Shown: positions 24,358 through 38,017, counted from the stretch's first letter. The stretch: 64,000 nucleotides of DNA from Octopus bimaculoides (GCF_001194135.2 NC_068987.1:1409477-1473476); one strand, 5' to 3'. The notes: a model not told the origin generated them from the letters alone. A program made the numbers and translations.

Positions 24358-26630
24358 TACTGCCTTGAACATGCTATATACCTTTTATAGATATATAAAA
24401 TGATTTTTATTCAATATGTCCTTCATTTTTTAAGGCGGTGACATGAGTAACAGCTAAGTGCGATTTTTAGCAGATCCATTGATCACGTGATTGTCATCTA
24501 AACTTGAGAATGTCTAACTGAAATTAGTTTTATATACATATTTTATATATTTTCAGTAAGAGACACAGGAGATACTTCCTGCAAATCGGATGTGTACATT
24601 TATTATTGAATTGTCGCATTTCTTGCATTTTATTTCTATTTAATTCTGTTTATGTTGGGTTTATTCATGTCCTGAGACATAGAGATCGTTACTAAAAGGA
24701 TCAGTTTGTATAAAATCCATAGATTGATGTGATCATCGAACATATTGAACGTGGTGCCCCATCATGGTTGCTCCCTACAAACTGAAACCAGAAAAAACAA
24801 AATGAAAAATAGAAATTTTTGGAAGGGAGGCCAATCTGTGGGTCTCTGCGTTAATCCTTAAAAGAGCAATATTTTGCCATCAAAGCTCTATATATACCGT
24901 TGTTGCAGTAATGTTCGGTCATTAAAGGCTGCACTCAAGCTTTTAATAGAATGATTTACAACACGTTTGTTCTACGAAAACTTCACAGCGCAAGTTCAAA
25001 TTTCGAAAATATTCTTGCCATATTTCAAGTTCTTTAAAGTCGATTCATCCTTATTTTATTCATTCATTTATTTATACCACATTATTCTCTCATTCTACAT
25101 ACAGTAACTGGTGTATAAATCATAATTTTGAAAGACCATAATTTACAGCTTTTATTTTTTTTTATCATCTTAAATTATACCATTTTTTAAAGAAATATCT
25201 AAATGCGCTTTTAATATCCTTATTAGTATTATTTTTTATGGCTATTACTGTTATTATTATCATTATCTTATTTTTTTTATTTTCGTTGTTATTTTTTATA
25301 TTTTTGCTATTTTTTTATTAATTCATCCTTCTGTAAGTTTTAATAACTTTAAAAATTTTCAATTAAATCCGAGAACTGACAACAGTTAAGAATCGGCAAG
25401 CCGTTCTCTCTAGTTCTTTGATTGTAGAGAATGAAGCCAATCGCCAGTCTTACACAGTGTCCTGAAGACTAATTACATTTGATTCCAATATCTAAAAGCT
25501 CTTTTACATGACAATTTGATTGATTTTTCATTTTTTTATTTTCTTTTTCATAATTTTTTCTTTTCTTTACTCTATTTAATTACTTTTGTAAAATCTTCCC
25601 CGTTCACCTTTTATTCTATCGCTCTTTCTCTAAAATGTTCTCTTTCTCTCACTATTCCCCCCCTCTCTCTCCCTCTTTCTCTCTTTCTCTCTTTCTTTTT
25701 CTGTCTCTCAGTCATTTCCTTCCTTCCTATCTTCTTCCTCTTTGCTATTTTAAACACCGTTTATTTGATGATTTTCAACATTAACTTGCACAAGTCTTCG
25801 GTTTCATTCTTTATATTTCTATCAATTTTCTAATTCTTTATTATTATTTTTTTTATTTCTTTAAAACTAGTCATTAGTCTAAAGAGCTGTTGCTTGTTTT
25901 AGTTAGCTAGTTGTTAGTTTTATTGTTCGATTTATTACATTTATTTTAAAATAACTTTATTAATTTCCTATAAGATGTTAAAATATGTTCTCTGTGCAGT
26001 CCTCCCCGACCACCCCCTTTCATTATACGATGCTCACTTTACTTAAATGAAACTGATATTTTAATCACACATCTGAAATACTTCAAGCTCCGTTAAGATG
26101 TTGTAAATTAGATCAAGTGGATTGAAATAGCTTAATACGGACTCAAATATTTCACTCCCTCGTTTTTTCCCCTCTTCCTATATTTGAATTAACACCCTTT
26201 CACTTGATTCATTTTCATTTTTTTCAATGGGATTTATGTCACAATTCATTCCATATACATCAATGCCATTGTAACAAAGAAGCCGTCGTTTCGTATTTGC
26301 TTCTTCTTTGCTCGTTATATCATTTTAATATCATTTCCACCATTCATAAATCTTTGTTATTTTAACACCACTACACATACAGTAAATATGCTTCCCTTGC
26401 ATGGCGATTCTGTTGCTGGGAATTTCACCCAGAGATTATTACATTCATTGCTTGTAATTAAAATATTTTATTTTCACAAAATTTAACGAGTCCAAGGAAG
26501 GTTTCATTGAAAATAAAACAAAAACTTTGCATTTCCGAATTAATAAGTATATTTGTGTGTATTACACATATATAAAAATATATATCCATATATATGTATG
26601 TATGTATATATATATATATATATATATATA

Positions 26631-26830
26631 ACGCTCGGGAATAGAGAAAGTCTTTAACGTTTCGAGCCTACGCTCTTCAACAGAAAGGAACACAGAAAGA
26701 AACAGGGAGAGAAGCAAGGAGATGAAAAAATATGTGTAGTCCAGAATGAAAAGAAGGTAGAGAGTCCAGAAGTTCGTGTGTGATGAGTAGAGACAGGATT
26801 AGCTGGTGCGACCACGTGACCGTTTGCTAT
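26631..26830 (-). mobile_element. Penelope-like terminal remnant with hammerhead fold (26652-26687)
   Basis: Minus strand CTTT-CTGTTGA-A-GAGC-GTAG-GCTC-GAAAC-GTT-AAAG, then TCCCGAGCGT. Same family as 1885-1990; abuts (TA)n. Confidence 0.7.
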
Positions 26831-27302
26831 ACACACATACATATCAACTACCTTATCATCTTGTTGAATGGAGACTGCGCACCCTGTTCACTATCACAAC
26901 CGAAACTTTAGCAGATGCTACTTGTGTAGAAAACATTCAGCCTCGTATTCCGTTCTGAAATGAAATTCGCATTGGGATATCCGATTATTTTATCCTGCAA
27001 GGATAATATAGGGTTGGGTAGATGGATATATAAAAAGTTAGATAGATAAATGAATAAATATATACATAAATAGAAAGAGGGGGAGAGGAAGTGTGAGAGA
27101 AAGAGAGAAAAGTAGCTGGTTAGCTACATAGACATTTAGATAGATAGATAGATAGACAGATGGGGAGCACGAGAGAAATATATATCTAACCAGGTAATTA
27201 AAGTGCGAAAGATAGATGGGTGGATAGAGAGATAGATAGATAGATCGGTTGATTGACTGAGTGATTGATTGATAGATAGACATATATATAGTAAATCTCC
27301 AA

Positions 27303-27374
27303 AACGAAGAGCAAACACACATAGAAAACGACAACGGGAGGACGTGGTACGTAAAGTATTAGCAGACGCTCAGG
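27303..27374 (-). mobile_element. Second fragment of the 1.9 kb / 26.6 kb Penelope-like family
   Basis: Reverse CCTGAGCGTCTGCTAATACTTTACGTACCACGTCCT matches 1934-1972. Confidence 0.7.
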
Positions 27375-27384
27375 CACACGTATA

Positions 27385-27600
27385 TTCTTTTATTCATTTG
27401 CTTGTTTCAGTCATTTGACTGCAACCATGCTGGAGCATTGCCTTTAGTCAAACAAAGCGACTCCAAGACTTATTCTTTGTAATCCTAGTATTTATTCTAT
27501 CGAACTTTTTTGCCGAACCGCTATGTTACGGGGGACATAAACACACCAATATTGGTTGTCAACCGATGCTGGTGCGACAAGTATAGTCACACCAATACAT
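27385..27600 (-). mobile_element. SINE family C, 3' part
   Basis: TTGTTTCAGTCATTTGACTGCAACCATGCTGGAGCA...TTTGCCGAACCGCTATGTTACGGGG. Confidence 0.9.
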
Positions 27601-27675
27601 GCTTACATACATACATATATATGTGTCTGTGTGTGTATGCGTGCGTGCGTGTGTGTGATTGAATATATAGATATA

Positions 27676-27732
<57 letters not shown>

Positions 27733-28079
27733 TACATATGTATGTATATGCGGCTGTGTGTATGTATATAATATCAAAACGAGTATATTTTGGTGAACTT
27801 AAGACAAGTCACCAAGTCAATAATAACCAACAGTTTTCTGACAATAAAATATCTTCCCCGTTGGGCGGCGTCGAATTTCTGGTAAGCATGAACAGTTTCC
27901 GAATATTTCTTTTTCTTCCCTTTTTTTATTTCCTTCCTTTTCTTTTCTTTTCTTTTTTTTTTTTTTGGTTCTCTTATAGAATTTCACAAATACTTTTGGC
28001 AACATTGTAGAACTGAAACCCTATTCCTGCGAGAGAATATAAATCAAATGTTTAACATGTGATCATATTTATTATACAA

Positions 28080-28500
28080 TTGATGATGATGATGATGATG
28101 ATGATAGTCACATGGGGGAAGGAAGAGGGTAGTGATGATAACGACGTGAATAACGAAGGGGGTGAAGGTGACGATAATGATGACGGCGATGACGGTGACA
28201 ATTAGGACAAAGAGTTAACAATGACGATGCGTTAATAATGAGAGTGCGAATAATGACGTCCATGCTGATGATGATGATCATCACCATCATCATCGTTATC
28301 ATCTTCATGTTTTCTTTTGATAATTATCATAATTGTATTTACGACATTGACATTAATTACGTTGCTTCATCATCATCATCACCTTCACATCCCCCTCCTC
28401 CCCCTCCTCCACCTCCTCCTCATCATCATCATCAACAGTAGTAGTAATGGTAGTACTAGTAGTAATCCACTAAGAATTTTAAGAAAAATCCAGTCATCAA

Positions 28501-28532
<32 letters not shown>

Positions 28533-28545
28533 AGAACAACAACAA
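28080..28545. repeat. Compound (GAT)n/(CAT)n/(CCT)n/(GTA)n tract
   Basis: Read directly; source of the poly-His/Pro/Ile ORFs. Confidence 0.9.
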
Positions 28546-29241
28546 TAAAGCTAAATAAAATGAACAGCGATGATATTTTTGTTGGTTGGACATCAGTTAA
28601 TACATTGTTGTTTTTGGGTTTACACTTAATTTGAATATTAATATTAGTAATTTCTGTTCCATAATATTGTTGTTGCAGTTGTTGTTACGACTAATCATAA
28701 CGTCGATGCTAACACGTTCTGATGTTTTATTATGCACACCGATTTGTGAGCGTATTCATTAGAAAACTTTTTTATATGGCTATGGACGAGTTGTCTGCAG
28801 CGTTACTGGTCGCTTATCACCATAATCAGAGAGCGCTATCTGATTTTGATTTTGTCCTTATCAGTAAAAGAAGTGAGAATATTATAAATTCTAGTGGAAA
28901 TATTATCTTGCATTCACAGCGAAATAACACTGACAGCCCAAAATGCACGCATAAATTTTTATGTAACTATATATATTATTGTGTGTGTGCGTTTTTCGGT
29001 AGACTGGCAAATATATGTATGATGTACGTTTGTATACACATAAACATAATCATCCATATATGCATGCTTACATATATAATATATAAATCCATAAATATGC
29101 GTGTGTGTATCTGTGTGTGTATTGTATATATATGTATATATATATTGATAGAAAGACAACAAAAGAAAGAAAGAGTCCTCGATATTATGTAAATAGAGGA
29201 ATTTTTCTGTGAAAATATGTGACACAAAATTCGGTAGTCAT

Positions 29242-29302
29242 GATAAAACTCCGAGTTTCGGATGCCGGGATGGCAACCCACGCTAACATCTCTTCAGTTA
29301 TC
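29242..29302 (-). ncRNA. Type I hammerhead ribozyme (minimal, palindromic stem III)
   Basis: GATAA-CTGAAGA-GATG...CATCC-GAA-ACTC-G-GAGT-T-TTATC. Stem I is 5 bp perfect, the CUGANGA and GAAA cores are intact, and the GUU triplet predicts cleavage between 29247 and 29246. Confidence 0.75.
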
Positions 29303-29334
29303 CGGCCATTGAAAATTCCTGTGAAAAATGACCT

Positions 29335-29470
29335 GTCCTCTTCCATGTTATAAAAGAAAGCTTTCCATCTCATGCGCTTAATGAAGTCTGTAATTTTCTC
29401 CAAAATATTTCCCTTGATGGTATAGGTATGTTTTTCACAGAATAATCGATGTAGTAGGCGTCTATATTGA
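29335..29470 (-). pseudogene. Penelope-like element ORF N-terminal fragment (frameshifted)
   Basis: DYSVKNIPIPSRE then frameshift to ILEKITDFIKRMRWKAFFY, matching the YSxKNIP...KRMRWKAxFF motif upstream of Penelope-like RTs. Confidence 0.75.
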
Positions 29471-30760
29471 ATTCTTCTGCGGGATAGAGCCCTCAATCGA
29501 TTTCTGGCGATTTTCCAAAATAAGCTGCATTAGCCCTTACGGAAAAATAGCGGTGTACGGGAGGTAACTTATTGATATATACATACACACATATGGACAG
29601 ATACGCATGTATAGGAGTGTATCAAGGTTTTGAACTGGGCATGAGGAGTGCATATGCACATACACAAATATACCAAGACACACACACACATCATCTAGGC
29701 TTTTATATATAGTATCATGTAGGCATTATATGGTTGCATCCTTCATGTCTGTAGTTGGAGGATGATTTGATTCCAAATACCCATCATAGCAGTGTTCTTT
29801 AATTTCTATCTCTACAAATAGATTTTCCTGATCCCAACCAGAATGGCTACAGCTGCTACCTCGGAATCATTCATTTATATTCACTCCACTCCAATTTCTT
29901 TCATATCTCTCATCCGTTCTATAAATCACTAACTGGAACTTTAATGACCGACTAATTGATTCTTTCTATTAAACAGGTCAATAGCGATTGAACTCTGACC
30001 CGAATTTAGCAATTAAGTTTCCATTTAAAGGTTTCGTTGGTCATAAATGTTCAGTTAATTGATTTCTCTATTAAATTGGTGATTTGAGCCTTAATGGGCT
30101 TCCACACTCTAATTTGCCTTTGCAATATTCCAGCCTCACAGCTTTTATATCTCCGCCCCCAGCCATTTGACCGTTTCGCAATATTCAACGCTATGTTTGT
30201 GATTCTATATTGAAACATCCGGATATCAATTGATATTAAAGCAAATTATCGCTTATATACGTATCTTATCGATCGCAGTTAATACTAATGTATATATGCG
30301 GGTGTGTATGTGTATGTATGTGTGTGTTCGTATACTTACAAGCAGAAATAAATGAGTGTGTGCGCGCGATGGGAAAAATATTCAGCAACATTGTCCAAAC
30401 AGTGTTAGTATCAAGTTCAAATGTCACCCAAGCCATCACCCCAGGGCGATATGCGTCTTTCGATAACTAAGCATCTTAGAAACATCGAACTCACATCACA
30501 TAACATCATCGTGATACAACTTGTCTCAGCTTGGAATGCGTTATTCTCGAAACAATGAAACAATAAAAGTACACCGTCATCTTCAAATGGTGGGTGGATA
30601 AATTCATTCTAGATATACCAAACGAATTACCGACACCCGGATACATTTTGAGAAAGAATAACATTTTACTTCAGTTGGTTATGAAGTCTTAAAAAGACGA
30701 CTACCCCAGTGGTGTTATTAAATTAGACATGATCTGGGCCAACAATGGCCAAAAACTGAG

Positions 30761-30825
<65 letters not shown>

Positions 30826-31430
30826 CGTGTGTCGACCACAAGGAGGACTCTGCTAAAAAATTGACTTCATTTGATCACACTCCATCATAGTATCTTAGTC
30901 AGCGTATAAAATTTTCAGCTAGCCCTCATAATAACGGTATAATACATGCAAATAATATAAAATGATTTTTGAACAAAGTAAAACGATAGCTGGATAAGTG
31001 GGAGACAAAACAGCTGAGGATTCAAAGAGTCTACAGAATTTATAAAGACAAGGAGGTAGAAGAAATACCATGGATTTGTGTTCTGTAACAATAAACTTTT
31101 TACAAAAACAAGAGACCCAGAAACATCTCTGGAACCATTTGAACTTTCAAGAATTTTCCTCACAATTCAACCACATTACAATATACTTTCCAGCATATTG
31201 ACATATTAATCTGCGCTAAACAAACTAAACATACACACACGTACACGCGCGCACGTACACACAGGTATACACTCACACACATTTATGTATGTATATGTGT
31301 GTGTGTATAAATATATATAAACACCCCCATATATAGAGAGAGAGAATGAGGAGACAGTGGAAGATAGAGAGGAAGGGATATGAGAGAAAGTGGGAGAGAG
31401 ACACCATGCATGTATATATTCCAAAATATG

Positions 31431-31485
<55 letters not shown>

Positions 31486-32500
31486 GTATATCCATACATA
31501 TATATGTGTGTGTGCGTATGTATGTATAAAATAATGTTGTTCCAGTGATCTGCTGTACTATCTTTCTTCATTTGCATTAATTAATATATAATTGTATTGT
31601 CTAATTGTGAGCATATATATTATTACGAGCACCTACCCACAATATCCTCTATCCTGAAATTGATCAAATGGGATTTCGGGGCTGAACAAAAGAAAAATAA
31701 ATTACACACGCAACATCGCTATTAGTCTTACTACTTCCCGTGTTTAATTATAGTTTAATCATTTTGTATTTGAATAAATTAATTAGCGGAGAATATCATT
31801 TGGCATGTGCGATAATGATGTTTTAAGTCAAAAATAATCATTCTCAGTCGTTCTAGTAAACCTACTGAGGCTAATATCCCTGTGTTAAGTATAATGTATT
31901 TCACAGAATGTATGAACCTCATTTACTAAAGCATGTAAATAGGACGAAGAAATAGTATACCGGACAGCAGACCGAGGTGTGGATGGTTCGAACCATCGTG
32001 CTCTGAGTTCAACCCCCAACCAGACAGATAAATTCGCCTTTAATTCTCTCAATACTTGGCCATCACACTTTCATTTTACCAAACACATTAGATAATCCCT
32101 CACACAGTTCTTCGTTCGGTTTAAATGTCTCGTTCATTGCTTTCTAAGGTGGGAAGATATAAGAGAGAACTGATGTTTCTAGCAGCTCGACTCTAGAGGC
32201 TGCCTTGGTGTCTCGCTCGGAGTAATTCCCCGCAGAAAAGGACAGTGGTAGGAGCACTGTGCAACGATGAGTGTTCAGTTGGCCTACAATTCAGAGTTGA
32301 GTGTTTATGGCGGAAGGATATACATTAGAATACAGCTGACCAGTTTCCTAAATAATCCTCAGATTATTCCTCGGCCGACCTTTGTCATTGTTCCTATGTG
32401 GTAACTTCAGCTGTTAAGAATAGCAGAGAAATCTCTATGAAAATTACTTCTGTCTTCTCATAAAAAACCCCTCACTATTGTTATTATTTAGGGTATTTCA

Positions 32501-32696
32501 GGAGGCCAGCTGGAGCAATCGTTAGCAGCATTTCGTCCATCTTGACGTTCTGAGCTCAATTTCCAACGAGGTTTACTTTATCTTTCATCTTTGTGGGGTC
32601 GATAAAATAAGTACTTGTTGAGCACTGAAATCGATGTAATTGACTTAACCCTTTCCCCGAAATCTCTGACCTTGTGCCAAAATATGAAACCAATAT
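32501..32696 (+). mobile_element. SINE family B
   Basis: GCAATCGTTAGCAGCATTTCGTCC...CTTTCATCTTTGTGGGGTCGATAAAATAAGTAC...CCTTGTGCCAAAAT. Confidence 0.85.
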
Positions 32697-34567
32697 TTAA
32701 GGTAGTTCTGTGAAGTGCAATATATCTCAAAGCAAATGATGGAGGTAGTCGACGCCGATTCAAGAGATTTGGTCATTGATTTATTTGAGCTGAGGATTTA
32801 AAAACAAGAACAACTTTTTTACCCATTATTTTCAATTATTGATGAATTGATCAATAACCGAAGATAATGATGATTAAGCATAGAGATTATTGGCAGTCGA
32901 AATGCATTGAACTTTGGTTTCTCTACTTACTCGTAGGCTTCTTTTGTATTTTATAGCGAATACATCGTTATATACACCTAGTGTATAGAATATTGTATAC
33001 ATTCAGTGTAACACTCTCTGTGGACTTTATAGTAGTAACATGGCCAAGATCTGTAGTTGATAAACTTTGCAGAGCATGTTGCTGATTTCTTCAATATAAT
33101 TAAGGAGAAATGTTTCTGAATTTTAAATTTTCCCCTGTGGGGATTCTCGTGTACAAATTTAAATATTTTAATCAGAAAACGAGGATCATGATTTCCCATC
33201 ATACATTGCAAAGAAGAGGTGAAATTAACCACAGTATAGATTTAAAAAAAAATTTGGTAATGACTTTTTTCCTAAGTCTTTCTATCGCAATGGATAGCAG
33301 ATCGCCTAAGAATGCTGATAATTACGCTAATGAAGCATTGATTGATTCTTCAAACTACGGAACTTCATTCAATTAACTTTATTTGTTGTAATATTGTAGA
33401 ATAATTAAATATATATTCTCAGTATTAAGTTACTTTAGCTCCTCTGACATCTTTCCACACCACCAGCCATGGCCACTTAGTCTGATTGCTGCATTTCTGT
33501 TTTCCTAATCGACTCGGCCAGTCATTATAACTGTTTGATAATTAGCTTTTAATCTACTTACGAAAAAATTAATTAAAAGTTTACGTAATATATTTCCGTT
33601 TTATGTCATCGATTTCCCTGTTTCCTATCTTCCATATCTTTCTGTCTCATTCGAAGACATCACAGGAACATTTTCCATTGTTTCAGTTCCGTACAATAAT
33701 TTTTGTTTTATTAATTATCCAGACTAAATGAAATTTTCTGAAGAGCATTTAGTACAGAAGGGAAAACCGAAGAACTACACCCGGGATCGAAACAGGATCA
33801 ATTATTTCATTTGCCAGGAACATAAAAATTATCCCACAGTCCTTACAAGTTTCTTGTACGTTCCTGTTAATTATGTACAAATTAGTTAACCAGGCACTAA
33901 CCCCTACATCTTTGAAAGGAAAAATGAGAAGTTTATTATTGTAATTATTGTTTGGGCCCAGGTCATTTATGATTTGTTATAATTTGCTATAATCTATCAT
34001 AAGTGAGTTATGATCTGTCAGAAGTCAGCTATGATTTATCATACTGCTGATCAAATCTTTCCAGTTACGATCATCTATTTTCATAGAGTACAAATTGGAT
34101 TTTGTGAAGTGGTATCCCTCCTCTTTAAAGACGCTCAGACTTAACTGCTTTTGTTGGCGTGAAACGTACAGACGTTGCAAAGTAAAAGTAAAATGAGAAT
34201 TTTTCAATCCAGACTTGAAACTCGAATAGAATTTCGACGGATTTTATTGGTGTTCTACATATTAATTGTTGTGGTTGCTGCTGTTTTTATTGTTGTTGTT
34301 ACTACTGTTGTTATTGTTTAGAATTTTCGGGTCTGACTATGTTGAAAGACATCCTATCTATGGCCATCCCGTCTGACATTTTATCAAGTATGATGAATTG
34401 GGGATTACTTTATATAATGTGTCCTTCCACTTTTTTTTAAACAATAGTTTATGATTTGAGTCTCATAAAATTGCTATTTCGGGCCGAGCAATCACACAGA
34501 AGATCTCTCGTTGACTCGCGTTTCCACTTTTAATGATATCAAATGTATAAATTGTCACTATAGTCAC

Positions 34568-34715
34568 AGGCGTGGTAACAGTTTGTTTCCCAACCACGTG
34601 ATTCCGGGTTCAGTCCTACTGCTTGGCACTTTGGGCAATTCTCTTCTACTATATCCTCGGGCAGACCAAAGCCTTGTGGGTGGATTTGGTTGACGAAAAC
34701 TGAAAAAAACCCATA

Positions 34716-34761
<46 letters not shown>

Positions 34762-34771
34762 ATATATATAC

Positions 34772-34802
<31 letters not shown>

Positions 34803-34998
34803 TGTGTGTGTCTGTGTCTTGCTGTGAGTGTTTCTGTGACTTTGTGTTTGTACCCCCGACCTTAACATAGCAGCTCGGCCTAGAGACGAGGCTTGAAAGA
34901 AACAAGTACAGGGATTAGGTCGTCTAATGAAAAGTTCTGCACGGCAGTGCCCCAGCATGGCCGCAGACAAATGACTAAGTCAAGTAAACGGTAAAAGA
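34568..34998 (+). mobile_element. SINE family C, near full length with internal microsatellites
   Basis: CCAACCACGTGATTCCGGGTTCAGTCC...GGCACTTTGGGCAA...CAAAGCCTTGTGGGTGGATTTGG...GTGCCCCAGCATGGCCGCAG. Confidence 0.9.
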
Positions 34999-35263
34999 TG
35001 GAGGATATTATTGACTAATATCTTTGAGACGCAGGATCGATATAATACTTCACTGGAAAGGGCCAAGGCGACATATTGTATACATGTGCATAATATTGTA
35101 ATTTATTCCCTTGACCCCACAACATTAAGAAATAAAACGAATCTCGGTGGTATTTGAGCTTAAAACATCATCAAACTTAACGATGTTTATTCGAACATAA
35201 TCGATAATAAAACAATAAATAACAATGATTTCAATTAACCAAATTTTAAATTGCAGTCGTGGT

Positions 35264-35482
35264 AACGGCGGTGAGCTGGTGGAATCGCTAATGCACCGGA
35301 CAAAATGCTTAGCGGCCTTTCTTCCGGCATTCTATTTTCTGAGTTCAAATTAAACTAATGTTAATTTTACATTTCATCCTTCACGGTCGAGAAAATACTT
35401 ACCAGCCAGGTACTGGCACCGGTATAATTGACTTAACTCTTGCCCCTAAGACAGCTGGTCTTGTACTAAACTATCAAACATT
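35264..35482 (+). mobile_element. SINE family B, followed by a partial second head at about 35490-35590
   Basis: GGCGGTGAGCTGGTGGAATCGCTAATGCACCGGACAAAATGCTTAGCGG...CTGAGTTCAAATT. Confidence 0.85.
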
Positions 35483-35679
35483 TAGTAATGGTGGCGAGCC
35501 GGCAGAATCCTTAGCACGACGTTCCGATTTCAAATTCCATCAGCACCGACTTTACATTTCATTTTGGGTTAGTGAAACTAAGTCGGCGTGGAGCGCTCTG
35601 GGTCACTGTAATCAGCCAGTGCCCCTCCTCCATATGATTTGTTATAATTTTCAGGCCTTCTGCCCATTTTGGAAAGGCT

Positions 35680-36048
35680 TATTACCTCTGCCTTAGCGAA
35701 GGTGGAAGTATTGTTTCTCAGTAGTGTTTGTTTGTCCGTGGACAAGATATCTCAAGAACCGCTGGATGGATTCGGATGAAATTTTCAGGGATGTTTAGCC
35801 TAGTGACTTGCAGGAACTGATTAGATTTTGGGATCGATCCGATTCCGGACAAAGATTCTAGATTACTTGTTGTTTTCTTTTTTTTTTACTTAATTTTTGA
35901 GAGCGGTCGGTTTATTTTTAATATTTTCATTTGTGAGAGCAGTCGAGTTCATTTCAGATATTCACATTTTAAAAATCATCTCCGGCTAATTGTTGAGAAG
36001 ACGATGGTGTTGCCTTGGCGGAGGTGTGCGCTCTCTCACTGCTCTTGT
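35680..36048 (+). mobile_element. Non-autonomous Helentron/HINE-like element
   Basis: Starts TATTACCTCTGCC, ends CCTTGGCGGAGGTGTGCGCTCTCTCACTGCTCT. The asymmetric subterminal inverted repeat is ACCTCTGCC / GGCGGAGGT. The internal GGATGGATTCGGATGAAATTTTCAGGG...GATTAGATTTTGG is typical of this class. Confidence 0.6.
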
Positions 36049-36380
36049 CATTATTATTATTGCGTCTCACAGGATCTAGCTCATTCATATCCATAATGAG
36101 TGTGATTGACTGGAATATGAANNNNNNNNNNNNNNNNNNCGATAGGCTATCAAATTGCCTCGTTCGGGTAAAAGTGTGATAAAAAGCGTTCCATCGTGAC
36201 CATATCATCTTTTATACATTGGTTATGTAGAAACAGAAAGGAGGAGACATGGGAAAAAGATAATGCGAGAGAAATTAAGAGTGACGGAAGAGTAATACGG
36301 GTGAGCACGTGCGTCGCGCACACACACGCACACCACAAACACCCGTACGTTTCCTAGTTTTCTATGGAAAGAAGGGTAGG

Positions 36381-36431
<51 letters not shown>

Positions 36432-37808
36432 TGTGGCCATGATGCTGAAAAGCAATAAACACCAACACACACGCATCCATATACGCCCGAACACACATAC
36501 ACACATAGACACCAACACGTATCAGAACACAGATGCCCACAATGCAGGGAGAACGAGAGACTTAGAAAGAGGAAGAGAAAGAGCCAGAGCGACAGAGAGC
36601 CATAGACACGTAGAAGAGGCGCTGCGAGCGAGAGGAAGCGGGAGAGACTGATCTAGCAGTAGACTGCGGTTAGATAACTGCGAGATAATTCATCTCCTGT
36701 GAAGTCTAAAAACAATTTACAATAAGTCAGTAATTATCAATTATTTCTCAGTTGTCACAATCTGTTATTCGAACCAACCTGTGGCAACGAAAGAAAACAA
36801 ATAAGAAACACTAAAGAAAAGAAAAAAAAAAGAGAGCAGCAGCAGCAGATATCACCTCCTTTATTTTACAAAGAAGAAACATCATGTTGAGTGAAATAAT
36901 CTTGTAATATTTATTGCGGCCGTTAAAGAAATATTGTTTTTGTCGATAATAGCAAAAACTCGAATTGGAATTTCAGGAGAGGAAGAAGAAAACAACAACA
37001 ACAACAACAGCACAAAAAATGGAAGGTATGAAATAAAGACTGACGTAGAGAATTGGACGTTGAGAATCGGAAGCAAACAACAAAGTAATTGATTAGGTTG
37101 TTTCAATGTGAGGAAAGAGAAAGAAAGAATTACACAAAGAAATAATTTTTTTTTCAAAAGTTCTAGTGAGGTGTCTTGTTTATAGAATCAAATAATATTG
37201 TTTTGTAACGGTGTTATGCGGAGCCTTGGGCTTGAACGCTGTGCCACCTGGTCAAAACAAATACAAAGATGCTTTCTACGAGCAACAGAGGTCATCCAAA
37301 CTGGGAGGGTGGGTGTAGTATGTTAAGTAGACCAACGATATAAGATTTCTACTTTATTTAAACGACTTGGAAGAACTAGAAAACGGTGCCGGCTGCAGTT
37401 GGGTTGACAGCCAGAGGACATTTGTTCAACACCCCAGCGAGACTACCACTTGAAACTGCCTCGAATGGCTGGCATATATGATACGAATCATACTATACCA
37501 ACAAAAATAATGGAATAGGCTCACACAAATTTCAGTTCGATTTTATTGTGCTCTACTTTCGACGTGGACTTTATATTTGCATCAAATCACTTCCTTCTCT
37601 CACACTTCCCTCTGTATGCATGTGCGTGTGTGTGTGTGTATGCAATTAGACTTATGAATGAGCTTTGTCTGTTTCAGTAGAGTTGACTGTTGATGGGCAC
37701 GTAAAAGGCACCTGTATTGAGTTCATATTTAAATCATTATTCTCCTGGCTCCACAGACGTGAATACTACTAATACCGCTACGACACACACAGATACGCAC
37801 ACATACAT

Positions 37809-38017
37809 TCTTTTCTACTCTAGGCCCAAAATTTGTGGGGAGGGGGCCGGTCGATTAGATAGACCCCAGTATGCAACTGGTACTTAATTTATCGACCCTG
37901 AAAGGAAAAAAGGCAAAGTCGACCTCGGCAGAATTTAAAGTCGGAACGTAAAGACAGACGAAGTACCGCTAAGCATTTCGCCCAGCGAGCTTAGCGTTTG
38001 TGCCAGCTCACCGCCTT
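37809..38017 (-). mobile_element. SINE family B
   Basis: CTGGTACTTAATTTATCGACCCTGAAAGG...AAAGTCGACCTCGGCAGAATTT...TGCCAGCTCACCGCCTT. Confidence 0.9.

Noticed and set aside
27780-27890. Donor CTG|GTAAGC after a small GC-rich patch
   Set aside because: No pyrimidine-rich acceptor and no recognisable peptide.
32337-32368. Minus-strand CUGAGGA...GAAACUGGUC hammerhead core
   Set aside because: Stem I does not pair and stem II is very weak.
37330-37450. RFLLYLNDLEE resembling a LINE RT motif
   Set aside because: No upstream GVxQG or downstream ADD motif; likely chance.
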